64,000 bases of DNA from a virus. Its lineage: Duplodnaviria; Caudoviricetes. The first letter of the stretch is position 1. Each line of letters begins with the position of its first letter. The stretch lies in the IMG/VR virus record IMGVR_UViG_3300032285_001531; one strand, given 5' to 3'. The position numbers and the translations under genes are program-made. The notes below the pieces were generated by a model. The model did not search any database, was not told where the DNA came from, and was given only the letters and a program-made list of their open reading frames with translations. Positions 52,182 through 62,070 of the stretch are shown here, in pieces.

Positions 52182-55100
52182 ATGACAACAACAATCAAAA
52201 TTAGACGAGACACTGCAGCTAATTGGACAGCAACTAATCCAATATTAGCATCAGGAGAGCCTGGACTAGAAACAGATACTCTTGCCGTTAAGTACGGTGA
52301 CGGTGTTACAGCATGGAACGATTTATTATATGGTACAGTTGAAACTGCTATTACAGTAAGCGGCAATGCTCAAGCAAATATTACCAGTGTAGGTACATTA
52401 ACTAACTTAAGTGTTGCTGGTAATGTTAACACAGCAAATTTAACTGCTACAGGAAATGTTGCACTTACTGGAGCAAATGTAAGTTTAGGCTCAGTTGCTA
52501 ATTTACATATTGCTGGTGGAACTGCTAACTATGTTCTTAGCACAGATGGTGCAGGAAATTTAGCTTGGAAAGTTGATGCAACTAATAACATGGGCAACAT
52601 CGTAATTGACGGTGACAACATTGGTTCAAGCAATGACATAGTTAACATCACTGCAAGCAACTATGTAGAGATGAACAGTTGGGGAACCAACATGTGGGTT
52701 GAGCAGGGTGCAGCATATGTGAATACTCTTGATGGAGAATATCAATGGAGTTTTAATTCTGATGGCACAACATCTTTCCCTAATTACACTGTATTGTCTG
52801 ATCCATTTGGTCCTGGACAATTCTTCACAACACAACGTATACCTAATCTACAAAGCAATATAACTAACATTAATCCAGATGAAGATAATATTGTTATTGT
52901 AAGTAAAACAGATTTCCCTGATATCAATTTAGTAAATTCAGGATGGACTTTATATTATAATGGTTATGCATATCCAGTCAGTAGTGTAGTTGATGGAGAT
53001 CCTGTAGCAGATAATTTTTATATTATTCTAGGAGATAATCCAGCTTTTGGCCCAGCAGGAATTCCACAAGGTGCTTATGTACAAGTTGGATTAAAAGAAA
53101 ATCATACTTGGTGGTTTGACTTTGAAGGTACAACTGCTGTTCCTGGCAATATTAATATCAATACTATTAATACATTCAGTATTAATGGTGCTCCTGATCA
53201 TGGTGCAAGTTTAAATTCTGATAGTTTTGCACAACTATACTGGGTACCTAATATTCAAGATCAGGCGAATGTTGATCCTGATAATGGTGGGAATATTTAC
53301 AATTGGGGATATGTAGATCATAATGGTTTCTGGGTAGCAGGTGCAAACATTCAGAATGATACCTCTTATGTTTGGAACTTTACTAATACTGGCAATTTAC
53401 AAATGCCTGATACTACTAGACTAAATTCTGGTGGAATAGGTAGACCAAATAGTGCAGAGTTTGGCACTGAAATAGTAACAGGACCAGCAAATTATGTTTG
53501 GTGGGATAGATACAAAAAAGGTTCTGGCATTTATATTGCTGGCGAAGACCTTGCATTGTCAGTGTACTCAAATGCTAATGTTATAAATGCACACTCTATA
53601 TTATCAATTAACAATATTAGTTATCCTGATAAATCTATGTTCAGTTTCACTATTAATCAAGTTGATAGTGATGATTATAGTGTTAGTGTTGGTGCTGGAA
53701 ATGAAGATACAATCGTTAATGGACTATTAGGAACTGATACATTTAGCATAGGAATGACTAACGCAGGTTTTGTGTATATTAATGGCAATCCGATTCTTAA
53801 TAATGATCCATTCAGTAATGGTGACACAGTTGATATTGCAATAGACCGTACTAACAATAATTTAATATGGTTTAGAGTAAACAACGGTTCATGGAATTCT
53901 GACGGAGCTGCTAATCCATCAACAGGTGTAGGCGGTGCAGATATTTCTGGCATTATTGACACTCTATATCCTGCAGTTTCATTAGGTGGAATAGCTGTAG
54001 TAACAGCTAATAGAACAGCACCGCATGGTGTGCCAGCAGGTTATACATTTATACATCCTGTTCCTGCACAACAAGGAAATGTAGTAAAAAATTCACAAAT
54101 TTACATGGGTTCTGGTACAGGCGAAGGTCGTATCATAACAGATACTTTTGGAAATAGCCTTGCTTATTTTGGCACAGAAAATGTAGGATTACCAGGATTC
54201 GCTGGTATGGTATCAAGTGACCCAGATGTAACAAGTCAATATCAAATTGGCACAGATGATGGCGATAACATTATCATAGGTGCTACTACACAAGGTGGTG
54301 AATTAACTTCAAGTGATTATCGTGCAGCACTAGGTGTACTAAATGCTAACTTAACTATCAATGGTTTCTATAGCGATACATTTGGTGCAATAATGAGTGG
54401 TGGTGGGGCTAATAATAGTTCAACAATTTGGGCAGTAGAAGAAGGTATTGGCATTACTAACGTACTATATCCACGTGAAGATGCAGCAATTGATATTGGT
54501 ACATATGATAAGAGTTTTGATAGCATATATGTTAACAGCATCAAAACAAAAAATAATTTAAACATTAATACAGCCGATGATTATAGTTTTTGGTATTCAT
54601 TATATGGTGATTTAGGATTAAATGACATAGCAGTTGGATTTAATTCAGGTGCAGCATACGATCAGGACGGCAATTTATATGTAATGGGTATATATTTAAC
54701 TCAAAATGAATTTGATACATTAGCATTAAAATATAATCCAAATGGTGATTTAGTATGGCGCAAAGCTTGGATAGATACTAATAGCGATAACCCATGTGGC
54801 TCATGGAATAGAGAATTTTCTATTAATAATACTGGCATATATTGGATGGCAGTAACAGATAGAAATGATGTTTCATCATTATATGTTGGTTCGATGAATA
54901 CGGATGGTGTTATCACTACTGCAGCAACAAAGGTACAAAATGTTGTCGGTAACGACATGATTGCTATTGATACTAATGTATATGTTGTTGGTAGAGATGG
55001 CACAGGTACATATCCTATGATAATGAAGGTAGATACTACTACTAATGCAGTGATATGGTCAAAAGTATTAACAGATTACGAAGGTTCATTTGATTGTATA

Positions 55101-56822
55101 ATAATGGGCAATGATGGTAATTTATATACTAGTGGATTTATGATCATCGGTGGTGATGATTATCCAATAGTCAGTAAATTTCAAACAAATGGAACTTATG
55201 TAGTAACTAAAAATATAAATGACGGTGCTGCATCTGGACATGCACTGGCCCTAGCTGCTGATGGAAATGATATCTATGTAACATACACTTTACAATCTAT
55301 TGGTGGATACGTAGTAACCAAAATATCAACTAGTTCAAATTTAACAGCAAGTCCTATATGGGGAACTACAGTAGGTTTAGGATCAAATCTAACTGCATAT
55401 GACATATCAGTTGATGACAATGGTTATGTATACGTTACTGGTGCAATAAATAATGGACCTGGTGATTTTTATGCTGCAAAATTAGATGATATGGGTAAAG
55501 TAGTATGGCAAAGAAGAATAGGTGGAAACTCTAGTGATGGTCCTACTACAAATCCAAATAATGCGAGAATGGCAGGTATCTACAATGATAGACTTGCAAT
55601 AACTGGATATACACAAACAGATCCATATACAGGAGCTTATTCCCCTCCGCATAGTATTACATTCCAAATTCCAACAAATGGATCAACTACAGGAAACTTT
55701 GGTAATTTCTATATATACCCTGAGTATTATAGTATTGGATATAACTATAGTCAGACTTATCTTACTGTAGCAATTACAGGGTTGGTAACAACTTTACCAA
55801 CATACTCAAACAACAATGGATTCATACCAAGTACTATATTAAAGAATCCTAACTATGTTCCATATCGTAATGAAATTGCTCCTGGAGCATATAATGGATG
55901 GAAGTTTGACACAAGTAATAATTTAGTATTACCGCATGGTGGTAAAATTACTGGCAATAGTGATGGATCAATTGAAATATATCCTCCTGAACCAGTTGAC
56001 GGTAATTTAAATGGTGTATATCTATATGACGGCACTGGCAATAGTGCAATAGATATAAATCAGTATAATGTTCGTATCGGTGTTAATACAAATGAATGGA
56101 ATCATTACTGGGATTTCAGTGGTGATAACTACGGTATTTCTAAAATTAGATATCCTTATTTAGAAAATTATGATGTACAGAAATTTTCAAAAAGAATTAA
56201 TGCACTAACAACAGATACAATCTGGATAGCGCAAGATACTACTGTTACAGGTGCAAAACTCACAATAAATATGACTCATTCAACTGATGGAACAGACTAT
56301 GAAAGTTTTGACACAATGGTATGTGAAATAGCAGTTGCAGTGAAAAAAGTTGGTTATGGAAGTACTCGTGCAGTTGCATCAGTATATGGCATAACACATA
56401 CTTCTGATGAACCTCTTGGAACATTTGAAGCAGGTATAATACCTGGTGGTACATATAATAATGTTGCACCAAGCTCTACTTCTGGAAGTGGAATAAATGC
56501 ACAATTCAATATATCTACAAATGCTAATTATGGATACTATACTATCAATAATATTCCAAACGGTGGCACTGGATATGATCCAGGAGATATCATAATTATA
56601 TCAGGTGCAGATGTGGGCGGATTTGATGGGGAAAATAATATAACTATTATAGTAAACAGTACTACCGGAAGTGGAGTAATTAGTACTGCATATGTTAGTG
56701 ATGGATTTTCGTATGCTGGCAGAGTGTATGTAACATGCACAACATTAAGCACTGAATACTACTCTTACGTTAAAGTACAAGCGAGAGAATCAGGTTCTTC
56801 TAGTAATGAATACTATTGTTAA
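52182..56822 (+). CDS. Large fibre/receptor-binding protein (Mtd-N/hyaluronidase-like N-terminus, SPRY-like domain, beta-propeller)
   Basis: IKIRRDTAANW...NPILA.GE.G.ETDT..K.GDG..AWNDL; GDTV.IAID.....IWF..N..W...LYPAVS; D.DGN.YV.G / D.NG.VYVTG propeller repeats. Confidence 0.8.
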   Translation: MTTTIKIRRDTAANWTATNPILASGEPGLETDTLAVKYGDGVTAWNDLLYGTVETAITVSGNAQANITSVGTLTNLSVAGNVNTANLTATGNVALTGANVSLGSVANLHIAGGTANYVLSTDGAGNLAWKVDATNNMGNIVIDGDNIGSSNDIVNITASNYVEMNSWGTNMWVEQGAAYVNTLDGEYQWSFNSDGTTSFPNYTVLSDPFGPGQFFTTQRIPNLQSNITNINPDEDNIVIVSKTDFPDINLVNSGWTLYYNGYAYPVSSVVDGDPVADNFYIILGDNPAFGPAGIPQGAYVQVGLKENHTWWFDFEGTTAVPGNININTINTFSINGAPDHGASLNSDSFAQLYWVPNIQDQANVDPDNGGNIYNWGYVDHNGFWVAGANIQNDTSYVWNFTNTGNLQMPDTTRLNSGGIGRPNSAEFGTEIVTGPANYVWWDRYKKGSGIYIAGEDLALSVYSNANVINAHSILSINNISYPDKSMFSFTINQVDSDDYSVSVGAGNEDTIVNGLLGTDTFSIGMTNAGFVYINGNPILNNDPFSNGDTVDIAIDRTNNNLIWFRVNNGSWNSDGAANPSTGVGGADISGIIDTLYPAVSLGGIAVVTANRTAPHGVPAGYTFIHPVPAQQGNVVKNSQIYMGSGTGEGRIITDTFGNSLAYFGTENVGLPGFAGMVSSDPDVTSQYQIGTDDGDNIIIGATTQGGELTSSDYRAALGVLNANLTINGFYSDTFGAIMSGGGANNSSTIWAVEEGIGITNVLYPREDAAIDIGTYDKSFDSIYVNSIKTKNNLNINTADDYSFWYSLYGDLGLNDIAVGFNSGAAYDQDGNLYVMGIYLTQNEFDTLALKYNPNGDLVWRKAWIDTNSDNPCGSWNREFSINNTGIYWMAVTDRNDVSSLYVGSMNTDGVITTAATKVQNVVGNDMIAIDTNVYVVGRDGTGTYPMIMKVDTTTNAVIWSKVLTDYEGSFDCIIMGNDGNLYTSGFMIIGGDDYPIVSKFQTNGTYVVTKNINDGAASGHALALAADGNDIYVTYTLQSIGGYVVTKISTSSNLTASPIWGTTVGLGSNLTAYDISVDDNGYVYVTGAINNGPGDFYAAKLDDMGKVVWQRRIGGNSSDGPTTNPNNARMAGIYNDRLAITGYTQTDPYTGAYSPPHSITFQIPTNGSTTGNFGNFYIYPEYYSIGYNYSQTYLTVAITGLVTTLPTYSNNNGFIPSTILKNPNYVPYRNEIAPGAYNGWKFDTSNNLVLPHGGKITGNSDGSIEIYPPEPVDGNLNGVYLYDGTGNSAIDINQYNVRIGVNTNEWNHYWDFSGDNYGISKIRYPYLENYDVQKFSKRINALTTDTIWIAQDTTVTGAKLTINMTHSTDGTDYESFDTMVCEIAVAVKKVGYGSTRAVASVYGITHTSDEPLGTFEAGIIPGGTYNNVAPSSTSGSGINAQFNISTNANYGYYTINNIPNGGTGYDPGDIIIISGADVGGFDGENNITIIVNSTTGSGVISTAYVSDGFSYAGRVYVTCTTLSTEYYSYVKVQARESGSSSNEYYC

Positions 56823-56837
56823 TAACAAGGAATAAAA

Positions 56838-58370
56838 ATGGCAACTCAACAATTTAAAACACAAACAGGCATAACACTCCAAAATAATAATAATTATTTA
56901 GAAGATCAATGGGCAGGTCCAGAAGTACATTTTGTACATGATCCTATCCTATTAACAATTACTACGATTTCAGGTGGTACTTTATTTACAACATCAACTA
57001 ATCATGGATTAAGTGTAAACGATGTTGTTATTTCAAGTAACACAACTAATGGATTAGTAGTAGACAATACATATTTTGTAAAAACAACTCCTGATTTAAA
57101 CACATTTACATTAACTGACATTTATGGCGGCAGTGTATTAACAACGTTTGACAATGGAACTGAATTAACAATTGATATCACATGTGGCACACCAGATTAT
57201 ATTGATAATTTAGTATCAATATATCGTGGTTCTCACCGTGGTATATATAATCCAATACTTGATACTCAATGGGATGATAACTTTACTCCATCTAATACAG
57301 CATGGAATGCTGATGGATGGGGTGATTTACATGATGTGACATCTAGAACTTATGTTACATATTATCAAGTAAACGGTGAAGGTGGCTTAGGTCATAATGC
57401 TGTTGGTACTGAGTTTATCATGCATGATACAGAAAATGACAAATACTATACCGTAAAATTCTTGGCATGGCAAGTAGGTGCATATGGCGGTGCATTCTCA
57501 TATGTTCGCAGAGAAATTAACACTGATGTTTTCTTTGTTCACACAGATAACGGAAGTGAAGTGGATTATATATACACAGATGGTGGTAATTCATCAAACA
57601 ATGTAGCAATTACTCGTGATAGTAGTAATGGTATATATAACCCTGATGTTGAAGGGTCATATAATGGTGACGTTAGTCCAGGCAATACACTTTGGAATAC
57701 TGAAGGTTGGGATGATTTAACTAATATTGAATCAAGACAATATTTAACTTGGTTCAGTGCAGTAAAAGGTGAAGCAGGTAGAGTAATAACAGGACTTCAA
57801 TTTGTTATGAAAGCTATTATACATCACGATGGAGGTGATGACACATATGAATATTATACTGTAGATTTTCATAACTGGACTAATAATGGCAATGGCGGTG
57901 GATTCAGTTATACACGTAAAAAGATTAATACAAAAAATCCACCAGCTGTATTTAAATTTAGCGATGGTAGTATACAAACAACTGCAGTAACCCCGCAACG
58001 TTTAGGTGTTATACCACTATCATATTCAAATGATGATAATGATTATTGGATTAACGAGCGTGACATTGGTCAACACGTGTTGTTGAATAGTAATTGTAGT
58101 GTTTATATTCCAGATGCTGAAGCTGTAAATATTCCAGTAGGTTCAGTTATTACACTTATAAACATGAGTGGTACTGAAATCAGCGTATACAAAGACAATA
58201 ACAACGAAGATGGAAGAATTTATTGGGGCGGTGGCAACGACAGCAGTGGTGGTGGTTGGGGATTAAATTCACAAGGCATTTTCACCCTATTAAAATTACG
58301 AACATACTATGATAGTGGTCCATATACAGATTGGATGATATCAGGACCTAATTTAGATAATTATTGTTAA
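56838..58370 (+). CDS. Structural protein with an internal domain duplication
   Basis: Two copies of ..GIYNP.......P.NT.WN..GW.DL.....R.Y..........G..........Y..V.F..W....GG.FSY.R. SD AAGGA. Confidence 0.72.
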   Translation: MATQQFKTQTGITLQNNNNYLEDQWAGPEVHFVHDPILLTITTISGGTLFTTSTNHGLSVNDVVISSNTTNGLVVDNTYFVKTTPDLNTFTLTDIYGGSVLTTFDNGTELTIDITCGTPDYIDNLVSIYRGSHRGIYNPILDTQWDDNFTPSNTAWNADGWGDLHDVTSRTYVTYYQVNGEGGLGHNAVGTEFIMHDTENDKYYTVKFLAWQVGAYGGAFSYVRREINTDVFFVHTDNGSEVDYIYTDGGNSSNNVAITRDSSNGIYNPDVEGSYNGDVSPGNTLWNTEGWDDLTNIESRQYLTWFSAVKGEAGRVITGLQFVMKAIIHHDGGDDTYEYYTVDFHNWTNNGNGGGFSYTRKKINTKNPPAVFKFSDGSIQTTAVTPQRLGVIPLSYSNDDNDYWINERDIGQHVLLNSNCSVYIPDAEAVNIPVGSVITLINMSGTEISVYKDNNNEDGRIYWGGGNDSSGGGWGLNSQGIFTLLKLRTYYDSGPYTDWMISGPNLDNYC

Positions 58371-58371
58371 T

Positions 58372-60486
58372 ATGACTATAGCACAAATAATAGTAGCATC
58401 TGCTTCAGCATCTACTGGCCCACAACACAGTGAAAATGGTGTGTATATATGGGACGGCAGAGACTATAATGGCTCAAATTTTATTTCTAGTAGCAGTACT
58501 GGATATCCATTAACAGTTGTAGGTGGATACACCGGCAATCCAACTGTAGGTAATGGAAGTTGGGGAGGCTCAGTAAACAGCTATTGGATGAATTATGATA
58601 ATAATGGCTCTACTAATAATTACGGATTTCAAACTGCTAACTTAAATCAATATGGTAATTGGAAAATTAATCATTTAAATGATCCAAGTTTTACATTTCA
58701 GATATGGTTTTATCCAACTACATTGGGTACTTCACTAGTAGGTATGAATGAGAATGGTGCAGGTCCATTCCTCAATAACATGCTAGAAATAAACACTGAT
58801 GGGCATTTATATGCTCAGTTATGGGAAAATGGACAATCAGGAAGTCCATTAATAAGTACAACGGCCGCAATACAGAATACCTGGAATCATGCTTTCCTAC
58901 AATATAATGCATCAGGTCAAACTCTTACATTAAGCGTAAACAATGATACTCCGGCGGTATTGACAAGTTTCACACCTGTAGTATTACCTACTAATAATAA
59001 CATGGCATTTTTACTTGGACAAAATACTGGTAATAAAATGACTACTAATGGTGATTTGTCATTTAGAGGACGCATAGCATATGTAAAGGTATCAAATACT
59101 TTTGTTAGTTCCGATTTCATTGATCAACGTAGTTGGTTCTACAACGCATTCACTCCACCTGTATATGGTAATGGATCAGTAGGTGGTAGTATGTACTTTA
59201 ACGGTACTAGTTCTTATCTTCAAGTTCCTATTACAAGTACCGGATTACGATTTGCTCCAGGAACATCAGATTACACTATTGAGTGGTGGCAATTTATGAA
59301 TGCTGCAGGTAGCTATCCATATGTGTTCAGCATATCTAATCCAGATACAGGCGCAATGCAGTTGTCTGCATTTATACAAAGTGGTAATTTATATATTAGC
59401 GACACAGATCATACAAATGTTTCTTTTGGTACTATTCCTGTTACAACTCAATGGACACATGTTGCAATTGTTAGAAAAAATAATTACATGAGTGTTTATG
59501 TAAACGGTATATCAATCAATGATCCTGCAATATATAACTGGCCAACTAATATCGCTAATCTTGGTCCAAGCGGAGCTAAATTTACAATTGGTGCACAAGC
59601 AGATCAGGGTGGAGTAATGAGAAGTGGTACTTATTTTTCAGGACTTATAACTAACTTTAATTTTATTAATGGACTAGCAAAATACACATCCGGTTTTGTT
59701 CCTAGTACACTACCATTCACAGTTGAAGCTGGTGTTGTAACTAAGATGTTGTTGTTAGCTACTACTGAAGCAAATGTAATTTATGACACAGCAGCATCAC
59801 ATAACGTATTAAGTAATAATAGTGTATTATGGAGTAATGCAAGTCCTTATGTTGTGCCATATCTATGGTTGGATGCAGGAAATAATACTAGTTGGACAGG
59901 CGACGGTACATGGCATGATTTAGGATACGGTGGGCATGATGCTACATTCCCTAACAGCGTGACGTATAGTGCAAGCAACGGTGGTATTTTACAATTTGCA
60001 AGTGCAAGCAACCAATATGCAGAATTGCCAGATTTAGGTACAATGACTAGGTTTACTATTAATATTTGGACTAAGTTAACTTCTGCTCCACCAGGTACAT
60101 TTCCGTGTTTCTTCACTGAAAAATTTTCTAATGGTGTCATAAATTACGTGCTAGGATTCCCTACAAATCCTGCAGAAATAGCAGGTGGTTTCTTTAATGG
60201 AGGATGGCAGACTGCAGGAGCAACACCGCCAATAACTGGTCAGTGGTTTAACTTTACTGTTACATATGACGGTAGTGTTATTAGATTCTATGCGAGTGGT
60301 GGTTTAAATTCATATACAAACTTCAGTGGGACACCAGCAGGTAATGGAACTGGTTCTTATATTGGTCATAGATGGGACCAGCTGGAAACAATTGACGGAG
60401 CAATACCGGTAGTACAACTTTATAACTATGCACTAAGTGCAGCAGAAGTTTCAGCATTATACAACAAGTTTAGTCCAAGATATTAA
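58372..60486 (+). CDS. Triple LamG/concanavalin-A-like domain protein
   Basis: Three units with FT..(I/W)W....W.H/N....Y.NG....F.G.I...YN.ALS.EV..LYN motifs. Confidence 0.8.
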   Translation: MTIAQIIVASASASTGPQHSENGVYIWDGRDYNGSNFISSSSTGYPLTVVGGYTGNPTVGNGSWGGSVNSYWMNYDNNGSTNNYGFQTANLNQYGNWKINHLNDPSFTFQIWFYPTTLGTSLVGMNENGAGPFLNNMLEINTDGHLYAQLWENGQSGSPLISTTAAIQNTWNHAFLQYNASGQTLTLSVNNDTPAVLTSFTPVVLPTNNNMAFLLGQNTGNKMTTNGDLSFRGRIAYVKVSNTFVSSDFIDQRSWFYNAFTPPVYGNGSVGGSMYFNGTSSYLQVPITSTGLRFAPGTSDYTIEWWQFMNAAGSYPYVFSISNPDTGAMQLSAFIQSGNLYISDTDHTNVSFGTIPVTTQWTHVAIVRKNNYMSVYVNGISINDPAIYNWPTNIANLGPSGAKFTIGAQADQGGVMRSGTYFSGLITNFNFINGLAKYTSGFVPSTLPFTVEAGVVTKMLLLATTEANVIYDTAASHNVLSNNSVLWSNASPYVVPYLWLDAGNNTSWTGDGTWHDLGYGGHDATFPNSVTYSASNGGILQFASASNQYAELPDLGTMTRFTINIWTKLTSAPPGTFPCFFTEKFSNGVINYVLGFPTNPAEIAGGFFNGGWQTAGATPPITGQWFNFTVTYDGSVIRFYASGGLNSYTNFSGTPAGNGTGSYIGHRWDQLETIDGAIPVVQLYNYALSAAEVSALYNKFSPRY

Positions 60487-60487
60487 T

Positions 60488-61255
60488 ATGCCAAAAACAC
60501 TAGTTACAGATCAATCAAAATATAATTGGAAGCGTGACGCAGTAGATAATAGAGATCATCTATTTGCATTATCTGCTGCATCTTTGCCAGCAAGTATTGA
60601 TTTACGTGCAGGCTGCAGTCCTATTGAAGATCAAGGTCAACTAGGTAGTTGTACTGGTAATGCAATAGCAGGCCTTATTGAATACATAGACAGAAAAAAT
60701 CATAAGAATTTAGATGTGAGTCGTTTGTTCATCTATTATCAAGAACGATTAATGGAAGGTACTGTTTGGTATGATAGCGGTGCTTATATACGTGACGGCA
60801 TCAAAGCAGTATATCAATACGGTGCTCCATTAGAAAGTCTATGGCCATATGATGCAAGAAAACTAACAGTTCGCCCTAGTTATAATGCATATACTGATGC
60901 AGCAAAACGTAAAGTTAAAGCATACCAACGTTGTGCAAACTTTGCAGCAGTTAAAACAGCACTGGCAGCAGGTAATCCAGTTGTAGTCGGCTTTGATGTA
61001 TATGAAAGTTTTGAATCAGATGCAGTAGCAGCAACTGGAGTTATGCCTTATCCAAACGTAAACACTGAACAACTATTAGGTGGACACGCAGTAACAATCG
61101 TGGGTTATAATGATCAGCATAGTTGGTTTATTGTACGTAATAGTTGGGGTACAAGTTGGGGAGATCATGGATATTTCTATATGCCATATCAAGTCATACA
61201 AGACACTAACATGAGTTCAGATTTTTGGACAATAACTTCTGTAACGAACCCTTAA
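60488..61255 (+). CDS. Papain-family (C1A) cysteine peptidase, xylellain-like
   Basis: Start re-called at ATG 60488. DQGQLGSCTGNA (catalytic Cys), GGHAV.IVGY (His) and RNSWG..WG..GY (Asn). Confidence 0.93.
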   Translation: MPKTLVTDQSKYNWKRDAVDNRDHLFALSAASLPASIDLRAGCSPIEDQGQLGSCTGNAIAGLIEYIDRKNHKNLDVSRLFIYYQERLMEGTVWYDSGAYIRDGIKAVYQYGAPLESLWPYDARKLTVRPSYNAYTDAAKRKVKAYQRCANFAAVKTALAAGNPVVVGFDVYESFESDAVAATGVMPYPNVNTEQLLGGHAVTIVGYNDQHSWFIVRNSWGTSWGDHGYFYMPYQVIQDTNMSSDFWTITSVTNP

Positions 61256-61261
61256 ATTCAC

Positions 61262-61296
61262 ATTAAATACTCTCTTATAAAGGGAGTATTTTTTTG
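61262..61296 (+). promoter_or_regulatory. Hairpin acting as terminator and/or RBS gate, overlapping a late promoter
   Basis: ATTAAATA (61262-69). 12-bp stem AAATACTCTCTT/AAGGGAGTATTT, then a T-run. SD GGGAG in the 3' arm; TTG start at 61294. Confidence 0.65.
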
Positions 61297-62070
61297 GACA
61301 AATGGCCTGAACACAGTAAGAATTGGGGTAAGATAGGACCTCCCCTAAAACCCACGCCTGAAGTTATAAACAAATATGTAGAACTTGTGCCTAACGGTCG
61401 TGTTATGATGTTAGGTGTTACTCCTGAAATATACAATGCATTTGATAATATATTAGCAGTGGATCACAATCCAACTATGATAACTAATGTGTGGCTGGGT
61501 GATACCGATACTAAAAAAGTCATAGTTGATGATTGGATTACATACGAAACAACAGAGAAGTTTGATGGGATAGTAGGTGATGTAGCAGTGACATTAATGG
61601 GTGACAAACAAACTATAACTGACTTCAATAACAAAACATTCAACTGGTTAAACAGTAATGGTGTTATGGCTCAGCGTATATTTCACAGTACGATTACTGA
61701 ACTACCCTATGAATATCTAGTATTATTAACTACTAGTAAAGCCCCAATCAATTGGCATGCATACAAATGGTTGTTACATATCTATCTAGCAGTGTCTACT
61801 AAATCACAAAGAATACGTCAAAGTGATGTACGAGATTTATTCAATAAGATATGTCCTGATAGAAACATGCTAAGTCAAATCACAGAATGGGATATAGATG
61901 CAATCAATACCATTGACTTTTATGAAAATGCAACACAAGAAGTAACTGTATTATCTAAAGATGATTGGTTAGATACTATTCCTAAAAATGCTATCGATGT
62001 AGAATTCGTATATACTGAAGGATATGATATCTGCAATTTATTTCCTATATTAAAATATCGTCATGTTTGA
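61294..62070 (+). CDS. Class I SAM-dependent methyltransferase-like protein
   Basis: RVMMLGVTPE (motif I-like), ILAVD, V.VDDW and FDGIVGD Rossmann-strand pattern. Confidence 0.6.
   Translation: MDKWPEHSKNWGKIGPPLKPTPEVINKYVELVPNGRVMMLGVTPEIYNAFDNILAVDHNPTMITNVWLGDTDTKKVIVDDWITYETTEKFDGIVGDVAVTLMGDKQTITDFNNKTFNWLNSNGVMAQRIFHSTITELPYEYLVLLTTSKAPINWHAYKWLLHIYLAVSTKSQRIRQSDVRDLFNKICPDRNMLSQITEWDIDAINTIDFYENATQEVTVLSKDDWLDTIPKNAIDVEFVYTEGYDICNLFPILKYRHV

Noticed and set aside
52182-60486. Diversity-generating retroelement
   Set aside because: No reverse transcriptase and no repeat pair differing only at adenines was seen in the window.
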